From assembly GCA_020353235.1 (NCBI GenBank), contig CP070693.1:12847-75926 (forward strand): a stretch of 63,080 nt of DNA. The letters are read 5' to 3'. This document shows positions 42,822 to 54,779 of this stretch, one piece after another. The stretch is from Dehalococcoidia bacterium (GTDB lineage: Bacteria; Chloroflexota; Dehalococcoidia; Dehalococcoidales; JAUYDJ01). A program made the translations under genes and the position numbers. Position 1 is the stretch's first letter. The number at the start of each line of letters is the position of its first letter. Below the pieces are notes generated by a model. The model was given only the letters and a program-made list of their open reading frames with translations, was not told where the DNA came from and searched no databases.

Positions 42822-43703
42822 ATGGAAACTGGTACCTGGAAGGTAAAAACGGGACTGGCCCAGATGCTGAAGGGCGGGGTAATCATGGACGTGGTCAGTG
42901 CCGAACAGGCTAAGATTGCCGAGGCGGCCGGTGCTTGCGCGGTGATGGCGCTGGAGAGAGTCCCGGCCGATATTCGTGCCGCCGGCGGGGTGGCCCGTAT
43001 GGCTGACCCAACGGTTATTGAAGCCATTATGAAAACGGTCTCCATACCGGTGATGGCCAAGTGTCGTATCGGTCACTTTGTCGAGGCGCAAGCCCTAGAA
43101 GCCCTCGGCGTTGACTATATCGACGAATCAGAGGTGCTTACCCCAGCTGATGAAAGCCATCACGTCTGGAAGCACGACTTCAAGATCCCCTTTGTCTGCG
43201 GCTGCCGCGACCTGGGCGAAGCCCTGCGCCGCATCGGCGAGGGCGCGGCTATGATTAGGACCAAGGGCGAAGCCGGCACCGGCAATATCGTGGAGGCGGT
43301 GCGCCATATGCGGGCGGTAACCGATGGCATCCGCCAGCTGGCCGAGACACCCAAGGACGAGCTGATGACTAAAGCCAAAGAACTGGGGGCACCCTTTGAA
43401 CTGGTCGTTGAGGTGCATAACACCGGCAAGCTGCCGGTAGTTAATTTTGCCGCCGGCGGGGTGGCTACCCCAGCTGATGCCGCCCTGATGATGCAGCTGG
43501 GGGCCGATGGTGTCTTTGTCGGCTCGGGCATATTTAAGTCCAAAAATCCAGAGGTCATGGCCAAGGCTATTGTTAAAGCCACCACCCACTTCAAAGACCC
43601 CAAGATTATTGCTGAGGTCTCCAAGAACCTGGGCGAAGCCATGCCCGGCTTGGATATAAAGCAAATCCCCACCGAAGAACTGCTGGCTCCAAGAGGATGG
43701 TAG
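42822..43703 (+). CDS. pdxS: Pyridoxal 5'-phosphate synthase lyase subunit
   Basis: [41 protein letters not shown]. Start placed after the GAGGAGAGAG RBS. Confidence 0.95.
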   Translation: METGTWKVKTGLAQMLKGGVIMDVVSAEQAKIAEAAGACAVMALERVPADIRAAGGVARMADPTVIEAIMKTVSIPVMAKCRIGHFVEAQALEALGVDYIDESEVLTPADESHHVWKHDFKIPFVCGCRDLGEALRRIGEGAAMIRTKGEAGTGNIVEAVRHMRAVTDGIRQLAETPKDELMTKAKELGAPFELVVEVHNTGKLPVVNFAAGGVATPADAALMMQLGADGVFVGSGIFKSKNPEVMAKAIVKATTHFKDPKIIAEVSKNLGEAMPGLDIKQIPTEELLAPRGW

Positions 43704-43704
43704 C

Positions 43705-44280
43705 ATGAGAATTGGCGTCCTTGCTCTACAGGGAGCCTTTGCCGAGCATATCGCCATACTACGCCAACTGGAAGTTGAGGCAATGCCGATCCGCCTGCCC
43801 CAGGAGCTGAAAAATCTGGACGGACTGATTATTCCCGGTGGTGAGAGCACGTCTATCGGCAAGCTGATGCTGGACTACCAATTCAGGGATGAAATCGGCA
43901 CTCTGGCCCAGCATGAGCTGCCCGTCTGGGGCACCTGCGCCGGCATGATACTCCTCGCCGGCAAGAACCAGCATGCCTCCCCGGAACCCCTGGGGGTAAT
44001 GGCTATCACCGTGCGGCGCAATGCCTTCGGCCGGCAGCGGGAGAGCTTTGTCACTGAACTCGCCATCCCGGTACTGGGGGAAAAGCCGTTTCCCGGGGTA
44101 TTTATCCGTGCCCCCCTGATTGAGAGTGCCAACCGTAATGTGGAAATACTGGCCCGGTTAGATAACGCCGGCGTGGCCGCCCGGCAGGGTAAGCTGCTGG
44201 CGACTGCCTTTCACCCCGAACTGACCAATGACTTTAGATTTCATCAGTATTTTATTGATATTATCGCCGGACGCCGCTAA
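43705..44280 (+). CDS. pdxT: Pyridoxal 5'-phosphate synthase glutaminase subunit
   Basis: [29 protein letters not shown] and FHPEL motifs. Confidence 0.93.
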   Translation: MRIGVLALQGAFAEHIAILRQLEVEAMPIRLPQELKNLDGLIIPGGESTSIGKLMLDYQFRDEIGTLAQHELPVWGTCAGMILLAGKNQHASPEPLGVMAITVRRNAFGRQRESFVTELAIPVLGEKPFPGVFIRAPLIESANRNVEILARLDNAGVAARQGKLLATAFHPELTNDFRFHQYFIDIIAGRR

Positions 44281-44294
44281 ACAAAGGGGGAGAC

Positions 44295-45797
<1,503 letters not shown>

Positions 45798-45813
45798 ACC
45801 CAAGGCGTAACTA

Positions 45814-46440
45814 ATGTCTCTTTTTATTACCTTTGAAGGTGGGGAAGGGTGTGGTAAGAGTGTGCAGGCGAGGGCGCTTTATCGCCAACTCTCCAAATTA
45901 GCCATTCCGGTGCTCTTAACCCACGAACCGGGCGGGACGCCACTGGGTAAGCGAATCGCCCGCTGGCTGAAGTGGGGAGAAAAGATACCACCCCAAACTG
46001 AGCTGCTGCTGTTCAATGTTTCCCGTTCCTTGCTGGTGGCGGGGGTTATCCAGCCCGCCATCAATAACGGCCAGACCGTCATCTGCGACCGCTTTGCCGA
46101 CTCAACCACCGCCTACCAGAGCTACGGGCGGGGTCTGGATTTAGCTATGGTCAGGGCGGTTAATCATACCGCCACCCAGAGGCTTGAGCCTGACCTGACC
46201 ATACTGCTGGATATCGCCGCCGAGGCCGGTCTTGCCCGCAAGCAGGACCGAAAGGCAGACCGCTTCGAGCAAGAGAACATCGCCTTTCACCAGAGAGTTA
46301 GGCAGGGTTACCTCAAGCTGGCCAGCCAAGAGCCAAAACGCTGGCTGGTTATTGATGCCACTTTGCCCCGGGCAAAAATAACCGAAATTATCTGGCCGAA
46401 AGTGAAGCGATTACTTTCCGAGCGGGGTTCTAGGTTATGA
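45814..46440 (+). CDS. tmk: dTMP kinase
   Basis: FITFEGGEGCGKS P-loop. DRF.DST.AYQ motif. Confidence 0.93.
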   Translation: MSLFITFEGGEGCGKSVQARALYRQLSKLAIPVLLTHEPGGTPLGKRIARWLKWGEKIPPQTELLLFNVSRSLLVAGVIQPAINNGQTVICDRFADSTTAYQSYGRGLDLAMVRAVNHTATQRLEPDLTILLDIAAEAGLARKQDRKADRFEQENIAFHQRVRQGYLKLASQEPKRWLVIDATLPRAKITEIIWPKVKRLLSERGSRL

Positions 46441-47561
46441 ACAAGGGACGAGTGGTGGTGGCGATGAGTGGCGGGGTGGACTCCTCAATGACCGCGGTGC
46501 TACTAAAAGAAGCCGGCTACGAAGTCATCGGGGCCACCATGCAAATCTGGCCTGGAGAAACTTCTGACGAAGACCGGTTTGGCGGTTGCTGCGGACTGGA
46601 AGCGATAGAAGCTGCCACCCGAGTCGCTCACAAGCTGGGCATCCCTCACTATGTCATTGATTTAAGAGATATCTTTGCCCAGAAGGTCATTGCCGATTTC
46701 TGCCAGGAATATAGCTTGGGCAGAACCCCCAACCCCTGTGTTATATGCAATAAATACATCAAGTTCGGCGCCCTGCTCCAGAAAGCCGGGGAGATGGGGG
46801 CTGATTTCATGGCTACCGGTCACTATGCCCAGATTGAATATACTCCCAGTGGCTACCGTCTGCTGAAAGCGACTGACCGCAGCAAAGACCAGTCCTACTT
46901 TCTCTACACTCTGGGACAGAGTGAGCTTCAGCAGCTATTATTTCCCCTGGGCAACCGTCATAAAACCGAAATAAAAAAAGAGGCGGCCAGGCTGGGCTTG
47001 CCCACCAGAGCAGAGAGCCAGGATATCTGCTTTATCCCGGATAACGACCTAGGCGCTTTTATTGCCGCTCATGTTCCTCTTGAACCGGGTGACATCGTTG
47101 ACACCGAGGGCAATATTCTGGGCAAACATACTGGTCTGGCTCAATTCACCGTGGGGCAGCGGCAGGGCCTGGGGCTAGCCTCAAATAAGCGTCTCTATGT
47201 GCTCCGGCTTGATGCCTCAAGTACCCGGCTTATCGTCGGCAGCAAAGAGCAGCTACTGGGCAAGGCTCTGCTTGCCGGCAACCTGAGCTGGGTATCGGGG
47301 GAAGTCCCACCAGAGGGAGCCAAAATAAGCGCCAAAATCCGCTACCAGTCACCCGAGGTAGCGGCTGAGCTATATTTTAACAACGGCACCGCTGAGGTTC
47401 GGTTCCAGCAACCCCAGTCGGCAATCACGCCGGGGCAGGCTGTCGTCGGCTACCAGGGCGAGGCTGTCCTGGGGGGCGGGACTATAATCGAGAAGCTGGA
47501 AGGAGAAAGAGTTGCTCAGGATTTCCCAGACACCGTCTTTTGTCGAGGAAGAAACACTTGA
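46437..47561 (+). CDS. mnmA: tRNA 2-thiouridine(34) synthase
   Basis: VVVAMSGGVDSS PP-loop. NPCVICNKYIKF. SQDICFI catalytic Cys. Confidence 0.95.
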   Translation: MNKGRVVVAMSGGVDSSMTAVLLKEAGYEVIGATMQIWPGETSDEDRFGGCCGLEAIEAATRVAHKLGIPHYVIDLRDIFAQKVIADFCQEYSLGRTPNPCVICNKYIKFGALLQKAGEMGADFMATGHYAQIEYTPSGYRLLKATDRSKDQSYFLYTLGQSELQQLLFPLGNRHKTEIKKEAARLGLPTRAESQDICFIPDNDLGAFIAAHVPLEPGDIVDTEGNILGKHTGLAQFTVGQRQGLGLASNKRLYVLRLDASSTRLIVGSKEQLLGKALLAGNLSWVSGEVPPEGAKISAKIRYQSPEVAAELYFNNGTAEVRFQQPQSAITPGQAVVGYQGEAVLGGGTIIEKLEGERVAQDFPDTVFCRGRNT

Positions 47562-48162
47562 GGCACAGGGCTACCGCCTGATCGCCGGAGTTGATGAGGC
47601 GGGGCGGGGCTCTCTGGCCGGCCCGGTGGTGGCGGCGGCTCTTATTTTACCCGATAATCTGAATACACCCTGGCTGGACTTAGTAAAAGACAGCAAACTG
47701 CTGCCCACTTTAAGGCGTGAGTTTCTTTTTTACCATCTTAACGAAGTAGCCATCTCGGTGGGTACCGGCGTTGTTGCCCCGGAAATAATTGATACCCAGG
47801 GTATAGTCAAAGCAACCCGAATGGCGATGAAGCTGGCTATTGAGGCGCTTTCGCCACCACCCCAGTTTCTCCTCATCGACTACCTACCTCTGCCTGAGGT
47901 ATCGTTACCGCAAAAGGGGATAATTTACGGTGATAGCCTGTGCTTCTCCATCGCCTGTGCTTCTATCATCGCCAAGGTAACCCGTGACCAATTAATGGTC
48001 GAGCTAGATGAGCGCTATCCTGGCTATGGGCTGGCACAGCATAAGGGCTACGGCACAGAGCAACACCTCTCCTGCCTGCAGCGGCTGGGCTCATGTCCCA
48101 TCCACCGCCAGTCCTTCCGGCCAGTCAGGCTATCTAACCAAAATGTGGTAAATGAGAACTGA
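47512..48162 (+). CDS. rnhB: Ribonuclease HII
   Basis: [20 protein letters not shown] and GYGT..H motifs. Non-ATG start, so the exact 5' end is uncertain. Overlaps mnmA. Confidence 0.88.
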   Translation: MLRISQTPSFVEEETLEAQGYRLIAGVDEAGRGSLAGPVVAAALILPDNLNTPWLDLVKDSKLLPTLRREFLFYHLNEVAISVGTGVVAPEIIDTQGIVKATRMAMKLAIEALSPPPQFLLIDYLPLPEVSLPQKGIIYGDSLCFSIACASIIAKVTRDQLMVELDERYPGYGLAQHKGYGTEQHLSCLQRLGSCPIHRQSFRPVRLSNQNVVNEN

Positions 48163-48228
48163 CCTTCTTTACCGACCGCGCTGGCTATGCTAGAATAAAC
48201 CACCAAGAGAAGATACAAGGGGATAAAT

Positions 48229-49287
48229 ATGGCTTCTCCGGAGCTAGATACCCTCCGTATTATTGACGCCAATCTTAACCGTATCGGCGAGGGGCTCCGC
48301 CTTCTAGAAGAGCTGGCGCGGATGATACTCAACGATGCTAATCTGACCCAACAGCTGAAGACGATGCGCCACCAGATACTGGAGACAGATAAGCGCTTCA
48401 ACCAGCGGCTGCTTCAGGCGAGAGACTCGGAGGGTGATGTCGGCATCAATCTAGAAGCCCCCCCGAAGAAAGAGCAGGAGCTACTCAACATACTGGTGGC
48501 CAACTCAAGAAGGGTGCAGGAGTCACTGCGCACCATTGAAGAACTGGCCAAGATTCCCCAGACCGGGCTGGACACAGAGAAGTTCAAAAAAGCTCGCTTT
48601 GACCTCTACACCATAGAACGCAACCTTCTGTCCCACCTGCTGCGCCAGGATAAAGTGCCGCGCCTGAGCGGACTCTATGTTATTGTCGATACCCAGGCTT
48701 TGCTCAAGCGCAGCCACATTGATGTCGCCAAGGCAGCTATAGCGGGTGGCGCCAGGGTAATTCAGCTCCGCGACAAGACCTCAACCAAAAAAGAACTGCT
48801 CCCCATTGCCGAACAGCTGAAAGAGCTCTGTGCGGGCCACAATGTGCTCTTTATCATCAACGACCACCTTGATTTGCTGCTGGCGGTTGATGCTGACGGG
48901 CTTCATCTGGGGCAGGACGACCTCCCCATCAAGACAACCCGCCGGCTACTGCCGGTTGACAAGATTCTGGGTATCTCGACCCGAACAGTAGCCGGGGCGG
49001 TGGCCGCCCAGGCGGAGGGGGCAGACTATATTGCCGTTGGTGCCATGTATCCCACGCCGTACAAGCAAGCCGCCCAAGTGGTCGGTGTAGAGAGGCTGAG
49101 CCAGGTCAGAAAGACAGTAACCCTGCCCCTGGTGGCTATCGGTGGCATTAATAAAGAAAACGCGGCGGCGGTTATGGCCGCCGGTGCGGACTCAATTGCG
49201 GTAATCAGGGCAGTCGTCCAAGCGGAAGCCCCGCAAAAAGCCACCCGAGAGATAGTAAATGTCATTAAAGCGAGTAAGACAAGTTGA
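48229..49287 (+). CDS. thiE: Thiamine-phosphate synthase with an N-terminal extension of about 140 aa
   Basis: The C-terminal ~210 aa carry LYVIVD, VIQLRDK, GLHLGQDD and GADYIAVGAMYPT. The N-terminal IIDANLNRIGEGLRLLEE region is not part of the canonical ThiE fold. Confidence 0.88.
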   Translation: MASPELDTLRIIDANLNRIGEGLRLLEELARMILNDANLTQQLKTMRHQILETDKRFNQRLLQARDSEGDVGINLEAPPKKEQELLNILVANSRRVQESLRTIEELAKIPQTGLDTEKFKKARFDLYTIERNLLSHLLRQDKVPRLSGLYVIVDTQALLKRSHIDVAKAAIAGGARVIQLRDKTSTKKELLPIAEQLKELCAGHNVLFIINDHLDLLLAVDADGLHLGQDDLPIKTTRRLLPVDKILGISTRTVAGAVAAQAEGADYIAVGAMYPTPYKQAAQVVGVERLSQVRKTVTLPLVAIGGINKENAAAVMAAGADSIAVIRAVVQAEAPQKATREIVNVIKASKTS

Positions 49288-49910
49288 CCGATAACCTAGA
49301 CCCAATCGCCAACGAGATAAGACAAAGCTTCATCGCCAAGGATGCAGCCCGGGAAAGGGTCTTGCCTCTGTGCCGCGAAGCCATTCGCCACTGTAGCAAT
49401 GCCATCCGGGCGGTGCACCGCCAGCAGTTCGACCAGGCCAGTGAACTACTGATGTCAGCCCGCCAGTTGCTTGACAAGGTTGAGCAGGCTACCGCGGAAT
49501 ACCCGGAGCTTAGCTCCTCCGGGCTGGTCAGAGACTCCCAGAAGGAATTTGCCGAAGGTAGTACCACACTGGCCATGATTACCCGGCAACCGCTACCCAC
49601 CCCCACCGAGCTGCGCGTTGACCAGGCTGCCTACCTAAACGGACTGGGAGAAGCGGTCGGCGAGCTGAGGCGCTACCTTCTGGACAGCATACGGCGGGGA
49701 GACCTGTCGCGAGGGGAAGAGATACTCACCATGATGGATGACATTTACAATACCCTCTTTGCCATGGACTTCCCCGATGCCATAACCGGTGGGCTACGCC
49801 ATACCACCGATGCCATCCGCGGTATTCTGGAGAGAACGCGCAGCGACCTGACTCTGGCCATAAGCCAGAAAGACCTGGAAGAGAAGCTCAAGTCGCAGCC
49901 GCCAAAATAA
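49284..49910 (+). CDS. Translin-family-like helical protein
   Basis: All-helical 208 aa. AYLNGLGEAVGELRRYLLDSIRRGD and DDIYNTLFAMDFPDAITGGLR resemble archaeal translin family proteins (from memory). TTG start overlaps the thiE stop. Confidence 0.55.
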   Translation: MTDNLDPIANEIRQSFIAKDAARERVLPLCREAIRHCSNAIRAVHRQQFDQASELLMSARQLLDKVEQATAEYPELSSSGLVRDSQKEFAEGSTTLAMITRQPLPTPTELRVDQAAYLNGLGEAVGELRRYLLDSIRRGDLSRGEEILTMMDDIYNTLFAMDFPDAITGGLRHTTDAIRGILERTRSDLTLAISQKDLEEKLKSQPPK

Positions 49911-49991
49911 AATAAATTGGCCAGGCTAGCCAGGCACTTTGACTGGCCGGATAGCGGCTAATCCGGTTCGGATAGAAAGGACGCTAGGTAA

Positions 49992-52034
49992 ATGGACCCG
50001 ATACTGATTGCGGCAATATGCGGGGTTTTGGGGCTGGTGGTGGCTGCCTTCATGGCGGCCTATGTTTTGAAACAGGACCAGGGCTCGGCGAGGATAAGGG
50101 AAATATCCGAAGCCATCAAAGAAGGCGCCCTTGCCTTCCTGGGTCGTGAGTATAAGATACTGGCCGCATTTGTGATCGTGGTTACTATCATTCTGGGGGT
50201 GGTACCCAACCTGGGCTGGTGGGTGGCCACCGCTTTTGTCTTTGGCGCTTTATCCTCCGGTCTGGCCGGCTTCATCGGGATGAGCATCGCCATCAGGGCT
50301 AACCGCCGCACCGCCGCTGCTGCCCAGAAGAGCCTGAACCAGGGCTTACGCGTCTCCTTCCGCGGTGGCGCCGTAATGGGACTGTGTGTTGTTGGCATTG
50401 GCATCCTCGGTCTAAGCATCCTCTACTTCGCTTTTCATAACCAGCCTAACTTTCTATTCATTATCCCCGGCTATGGTTTTGGCGCCTCTTCGGTAGCCAT
50501 CTTTGCCCGAGTCGGTGGCGGCATATTTACCAAGGCAGCCGATACCGGCGCCGATATCGTGGGCAAAGTGGAGAAGGGCATCCCTGAAGACGACCCCCGC
50601 AACGCCGCCGTCATCGCCGATTTCGTCGGTGACAACGTAGGCGATGTGGCCGGCATGGGGGCTGACCTGTTTGAGTCCTATGTCGACTCAATTATTGCCA
50701 CCATGACACTGGGGATGATCGCTGCTTTCTCGACCACCCTGAACCGGGCACTGGTACCGGATATGGCAACCGCCTGGTTTCTCCCCATGCTGGTCGCCGG
50801 CGGGGGTATTGTTGCCTCTATTATCGGCATATTTCTGGTGAGAGTCGGGGAAAAGGCGGAGATGGGGATTTTGCTCAATGCCCTGCGTAGGGGCACATTC
50901 TCGGCATCCATCCTCACCGCTATCTTCTCCTTCCTGGCGGTGTACTTCCTCAAAGCCGATATTGGCATCTTCTGGGCTATCCTCGCCGGGCTGGTCGCCG
51001 GCATTCTCATCGGGGAGAGCACCAATTTCTTCACCTCTTACGCCTATAAGCCGACACTCAATATCGCCGAATCATCTCAAACCGGAGGTGGGACTTTGAT
51101 CACCACCGGCTTTGCCAATGGTCTGATGAGCACGGCACCCCCCATCATTCTGGTCGTCGCCGCTATCGTAGTAGCTCACTACTTCGCTGATATCTACGGC
51201 ATCGCCATTGCCGGTATTGGTATGCTGTCAACTCTGGGTATACAGGATGCCACCGATGCCTACGGGCCGGTAGCCGATAATGCCGGTGGTATCGTTGAGA
51301 TGTCCGGCCTGCCGCCCGAGATAAGGCAGCGGACCGATGCCCTGGACTCACTGGGTAATACCACGGCGGCGACCGGCAAAGGCTTCGCTATCGGGGCGGC
51401 GGCGCTCACCGCTCTCGCTTTGCTGCTCTCCTACACCCAGGCAGCCGCCATTAAACTCTCTGAAATCAGCCTGATTGACCCCCACGTTATTGCCGGTGTC
51501 TTTCTGGGGGTTATGCTGCCGGCTATTTTCTGCGCCATGACACTGAATGCGGTGGGCAAGACCAGCTTTTCCATAATCAACGAAGTCCGCCGCCAGTTCC
51601 GTGAGATAAAGGGGCTGATGGAGGGCACTGCCCGGCCCGACTACGGCCGGTCGGTAGCCCTCTGCACCACCGCCGCCATCAAGCAGATGCTGGCTCCCGG
51701 CCTGATGACCATAATTGCACCGGTTATTGTCGGTCTTCTGCTGGGACCGCTGGCTCTGGCCGGATTTCTGGTCGGCGCTATTGCCTGTGGTTTTATCCTG
51801 GCGGTAACCTTTGCCAATGCCGGTGGCTCATGGGATAACGCCAAGAAATGGATAGAGACCGGGGCTTTCGGTGGCAAGGGGTCAGACGCCCACAAAGCAG
51901 CCGTTATTGGTGATACCGTGGGTGACCCGATGAAGGATACTTCCGGGCCATCACTGAATATAATGATAAAACTGATGTCAATAATAGCCCTGGTTATCGC
52001 GCCCATCCTGGCCGGGTTCCGGGGATTCATCTAA
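49992..52034 (+). CDS. hppA: Membrane-bound proton/sodium-translocating pyrophosphatase
   Basis: GGGIFTKAADTGADIVGKVE, DNVGDVAGMGADLFES, GDTVGDPMKDTSGPSLN. Confidence 0.96.
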   Translation: MDPILIAAICGVLGLVVAAFMAAYVLKQDQGSARIREISEAIKEGALAFLGREYKILAAFVIVVTIILGVVPNLGWWVATAFVFGALSSGLAGFIGMSIAIRANRRTAAAAQKSLNQGLRVSFRGGAVMGLCVVGIGILGLSILYFAFHNQPNFLFIIPGYGFGASSVAIFARVGGGIFTKAADTGADIVGKVEKGIPEDDPRNAAVIADFVGDNVGDVAGMGADLFESYVDSIIATMTLGMIAAFSTTLNRALVPDMATAWFLPMLVAGGGIVASIIGIFLVRVGEKAEMGILLNALRRGTFSASILTAIFSFLAVYFLKADIGIFWAILAGLVAGILIGESTNFFTSYAYKPTLNIAESSQTGGGTLITTGFANGLMSTAPPIILVVAAIVVAHYFADIYGIAIAGIGMLSTLGIQDATDAYGPVADNAGGIVEMSGLPPEIRQRTDALDSLGNTTAATGKGFAIGAAALTALALLLSYTQAAAIKLSEISLIDPHVIAGVFLGVMLPAIFCAMTLNAVGKTSFSIINEVRRQFREIKGLMEGTARPDYGRSVALCTTAAIKQMLAPGLMTIIAPVIVGLLLGPLALAGFLVGAIACGFILAVTFANAGGSWDNAKKWIETGAFGGKGSDAHKAAVIGDTVGDPMKDTSGPSLNIMIKLMSIIALVIAPILAGFRGFI

Positions 52035-52647
52035 GGAGAGGATTGGTTCGCCGCTCGGTGCCAATGGTCGTCTGCGGACCGTGACCGGGATAAACAATAG
52101 TTTTATCGGGCAGCTTCATTAGTTTGCCCAGGCTTTCCATCAGCTGGTCGTAGCTGCTACCGGGCAGGTCATATCGGCCGATGCCGTAGTTGAACAGGGT
52201 ATCCCCAGTGAACACCACCCCTTCCCCGTAGAAGCAGATACCGCCCCGGGTATGCCCCGGGGTGTGCAGCACCGAAAATTTTAAGTCGCCAACCTCAATG
52301 ACATCCCCATCCTCAAGAAACCGGTCCGGAGCCGGTGGGGTGGGGTAGGCCAGACCGAAAGTCAACCCCAGGGACTGGTACTCACCCTGCAGAGGCTCGG
52401 CTTCATCACCATGCATAGCAATCTCCGCCCAGATATTTTCGTAGACTTCCTTGAGGGCGCCGGTATGGTCAAGATGACCATGGGTGATGACGATAAATTT
52501 TATGTCAAGTCCTGAATCAGTGATTGCCTTCAGGATTGCCTCAGCATCATCGCCGGGGTCAACCAGCATCCCCGCTTTGGTTTTTTCCGAGCCGACGATA
52601 TAGCAGTTGCTTGCCAGTGGCCCGACGACCAGCGTTTCCAGAATCAT
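52027..52647 (-). CDS. MBL-fold metallo-hydrolase (glyoxalase II-like)
   Basis: ITHGHLDHTGA motif. HTPGHTRG. Confidence 0.88.
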   Translation of the reverse strand: MILETLVVGPLASNCYIVGSEKTKAGMLVDPGDDAEAILKAITDSGLDIKFIVITHGHLDHTGALKEVYENIWAEIAMHGDEAEPLQGEYQSLGLTFGLAYPTPPAPDRFLEDGDVIEVGDLKFSVLHTPGHTRGGICFYGEGVVFTGDTLFNYGIGRYDLPGSSYDQLMESLGKLMKLPDKTIVYPGHGPQTTIGTERRTNPLLR

Positions 52648-52774
52648 TTACTGCCCTGCCTTCTCCTCCAGATGACGTAGATTTTACCACCACCGGCTAA
52701 CCGAGGACAATATTGAATATTGACATTTACCATTTCGGGGAGTAGTATGCGGGCAGATTTAACAGGATACACTG

Positions 52775-54016
52775 ATGAAGTTTCTCAAGGGTCTGGGACT
52801 CAGTCTTTTAGGTTTTCTTCTCTTTTTCTCCATATCTACTTTCAGCTTTGTCTATATGCTAAATAACACCCTCTTGAATCCCGACTTCGCCACCACTCAG
52901 CTAAACCGGCTCGATATTTCCTCACTGACGGAAGAATTGCTAGCTCAGCAGCCAGATGGGGAGAACGAGGCCCTGATTGAGACCATTACCGAGCTGGAAC
53001 CGAGCATCAAAGAGCAACTCGGTGTCGCCATCAATGATATTTACGACTACCTGCTGGGCAAGAGCCAGAGTCTGGACCTGTCCCTTACCCTGAGAAACAG
53101 CGTCTTCAGCACCGATTTCGTCGTCTCGGTAGTAGATAAGCTCGAAGTAGCCGATTTGGTCGGGGAAAACCTTAAGGAGCAGTTCAGCCAGCAAGTTCCC
53201 CCTGAGATGATGGGCTTTCTCGAAGAGCCCATGGACGATACCCTGAAAGAACTTGAACCCTGGATGAAAGAGCAGATAGGGGTAGCCGCCGACCCGATGT
53301 TGGACTACCTCCTGGGCCGAAGGCCGGGATTCAGCGTTGATATCTCCCTGGAGCCGGTGCTGGCCAGCCTAGAAGACAATCTGCGGGAAGCCTTTATGGA
53401 GTCACCCCCCGCCGAATTTGCCATGGTGCCCCCGGAAATATGGGCGGAATACTTCGACCAGTTCTATCAGCAATTTACCCAAGAGATACCGGCCACCCTG
53501 ACCATTGACCAGAGCCTGTTCGGCACCGAGATGCCAATGCAGATTACCCAGATGCTGACCGATACGGAGACCATGCTGGCCGAGGGCAGGCAGTATGTCA
53601 GCTACTTTCAGCAGGGCTACAATCTACTGATTGGCCTTATCGCGCTCCTGATTCTGGGCATCATCCTCCTCCACCGTGAGGTGAAAGGCGCCAGTCGCCA
53701 GATAGGCACCACCCTGGCCACCTTCGGCGCCATTGAATACATCAGCATCCTCGCCGCCAAGTACCTTGGCGGGGGACAATTAAGCGGGCTGCCCATCCCG
53801 ACTTCACTTCAGGCGTGGCTGCCCGAGCTGGTAAACGACCTGCTGGCGCCGCTGGAGGTGTTCAGCCTAGTCTGCCTCATCAGCGGGGCGGTGCTGATTA
53901 TTGTCTCCTTTGTTTACCCGCGCTTGCGCCCGAGCCAACCGGTACTGGAAATTGCCCCTGAACCTGAAGTAGAACCTGAGCCAGAGCCGGAGAATAGCTA
54001 CCCTCCTGAAGGGTGA
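52775..54016 (+). CDS. Hypothetical membrane protein with an internally duplicated extracytoplasmic domain
   Basis: N-terminal TM. Duplicated LxELEPxxKEQxGVAxxxxxDYLLG segments. C-terminal TM cluster and an EPEVEPEPEPE tail. Confidence 0.6.
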   Translation: MKFLKGLGLSLLGFLLFFSISTFSFVYMLNNTLLNPDFATTQLNRLDISSLTEELLAQQPDGENEALIETITELEPSIKEQLGVAINDIYDYLLGKSQSLDLSLTLRNSVFSTDFVVSVVDKLEVADLVGENLKEQFSQQVPPEMMGFLEEPMDDTLKELEPWMKEQIGVAADPMLDYLLGRRPGFSVDISLEPVLASLEDNLREAFMESPPAEFAMVPPEIWAEYFDQFYQQFTQEIPATLTIDQSLFGTEMPMQITQMLTDTETMLAEGRQYVSYFQQGYNLLIGLIALLILGIILLHREVKGASRQIGTTLATFGAIEYISILAAKYLGGGQLSGLPIPTSLQAWLPELVNDLLAPLEVFSLVCLISGAVLIIVSFVYPRLRPSQPVLEIAPEPEVEPEPEPENSYPPEG

Positions 54017-54393
54017 TTCTCCCGCACCACCAGCTTGAGCCCGTCCTGCTCCACCACGATAATCTCTTTGCCAACGTCTATTTGCTTACCGGCTGACTTG
54101 GCCACCCAGAGCTCACCCTTGATGCGGACCAGGCCCTCGGGGGCTAGCAGGCGCACCACCTTCCCCCGGCCACCGAGCATATCGGGCAGGCTGACCAGGG
54201 GCTTACGGCGCAGGGCGCTACTGCCGATGCGGTAGGTGACCACCGCATAGACCAGCCACAGCACCATCACCGCAATCAGCGCCGGCAGGGGCAGGTTAAT
54301 CCCCAGGCGGGGCAACCCCATGAGCACGATTACGGCGATGGCGGCCTCCTCCAGAATGAGGCTGACAATGGCTAGGATAAGTCTGGCAGTCAT
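53998..54393 (-). CDS. Short NfeD-family protein (TM segments plus C-terminal OB-fold)
   Basis: Two N-terminal TM helices, then G.V.RLL.P.G.V.I.GELW.A.S...I..G..I.VV..DGL.L.V pattern. Confidence 0.7.
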   Translation of the reverse strand: MTARLILAIVSLILEEAAIAVIVLMGLPRLGINLPLPALIAVMVLWLVYAVVTYRIGSSALRRKPLVSLPDMLGGRGKVVRLLAPEGLVRIKGELWVAKSAGKQIDVGKEIIVVEQDGLKLVVRENHPSGG

Positions 54394-54491
54394 CTTGCCC
54401 CTTCATTATATCAGGGACGGCTCGGTTGCCGATACTCAAAGATGAGTGCTATAATTTTATATTCGGTTTTTAACAAAGCGGAGGCAGGTAA

Positions 54492-54779
54492 TTGAAGCTA
54501 AGCCGTGAAGAAGTGCTGCATATTGCCCTGCTGGCCCGGGTGGGCCTGACCGAGGCCGAGGTAGACCGCCTCAGCGAAGAGCTGTCCAAAATCCTGGAGA
54601 ACTTCGAAATACTGCAGAAGGTGGATACCAGCGGCGTTCCCCCCACCGCCCAGTCAATTGACCTTCAGAACGTACTCAGTGACGATAAGATTACCCCCTC
54701 CCTGCCCCAGAGTAAAGTTTTGACCAATGCCCCCCAGAAAGAGGGGAACTTCTTCAAGGTGCGACACGTGCTGGAGTAA
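54492..54779 (+). CDS. gatC: Asp/Glu-tRNA amidotransferase subunit C
   Basis: HIALLARVGLTEAEVDRLSEELSKILENFEIL. 95 aa. Confidence 0.9.
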   Translation: MKLSREEVLHIALLARVGLTEAEVDRLSEELSKILENFEILQKVDTSGVPPTAQSIDLQNVLSDDKITPSLPQSKVLTNAPQKEGNFFKVRHVLE

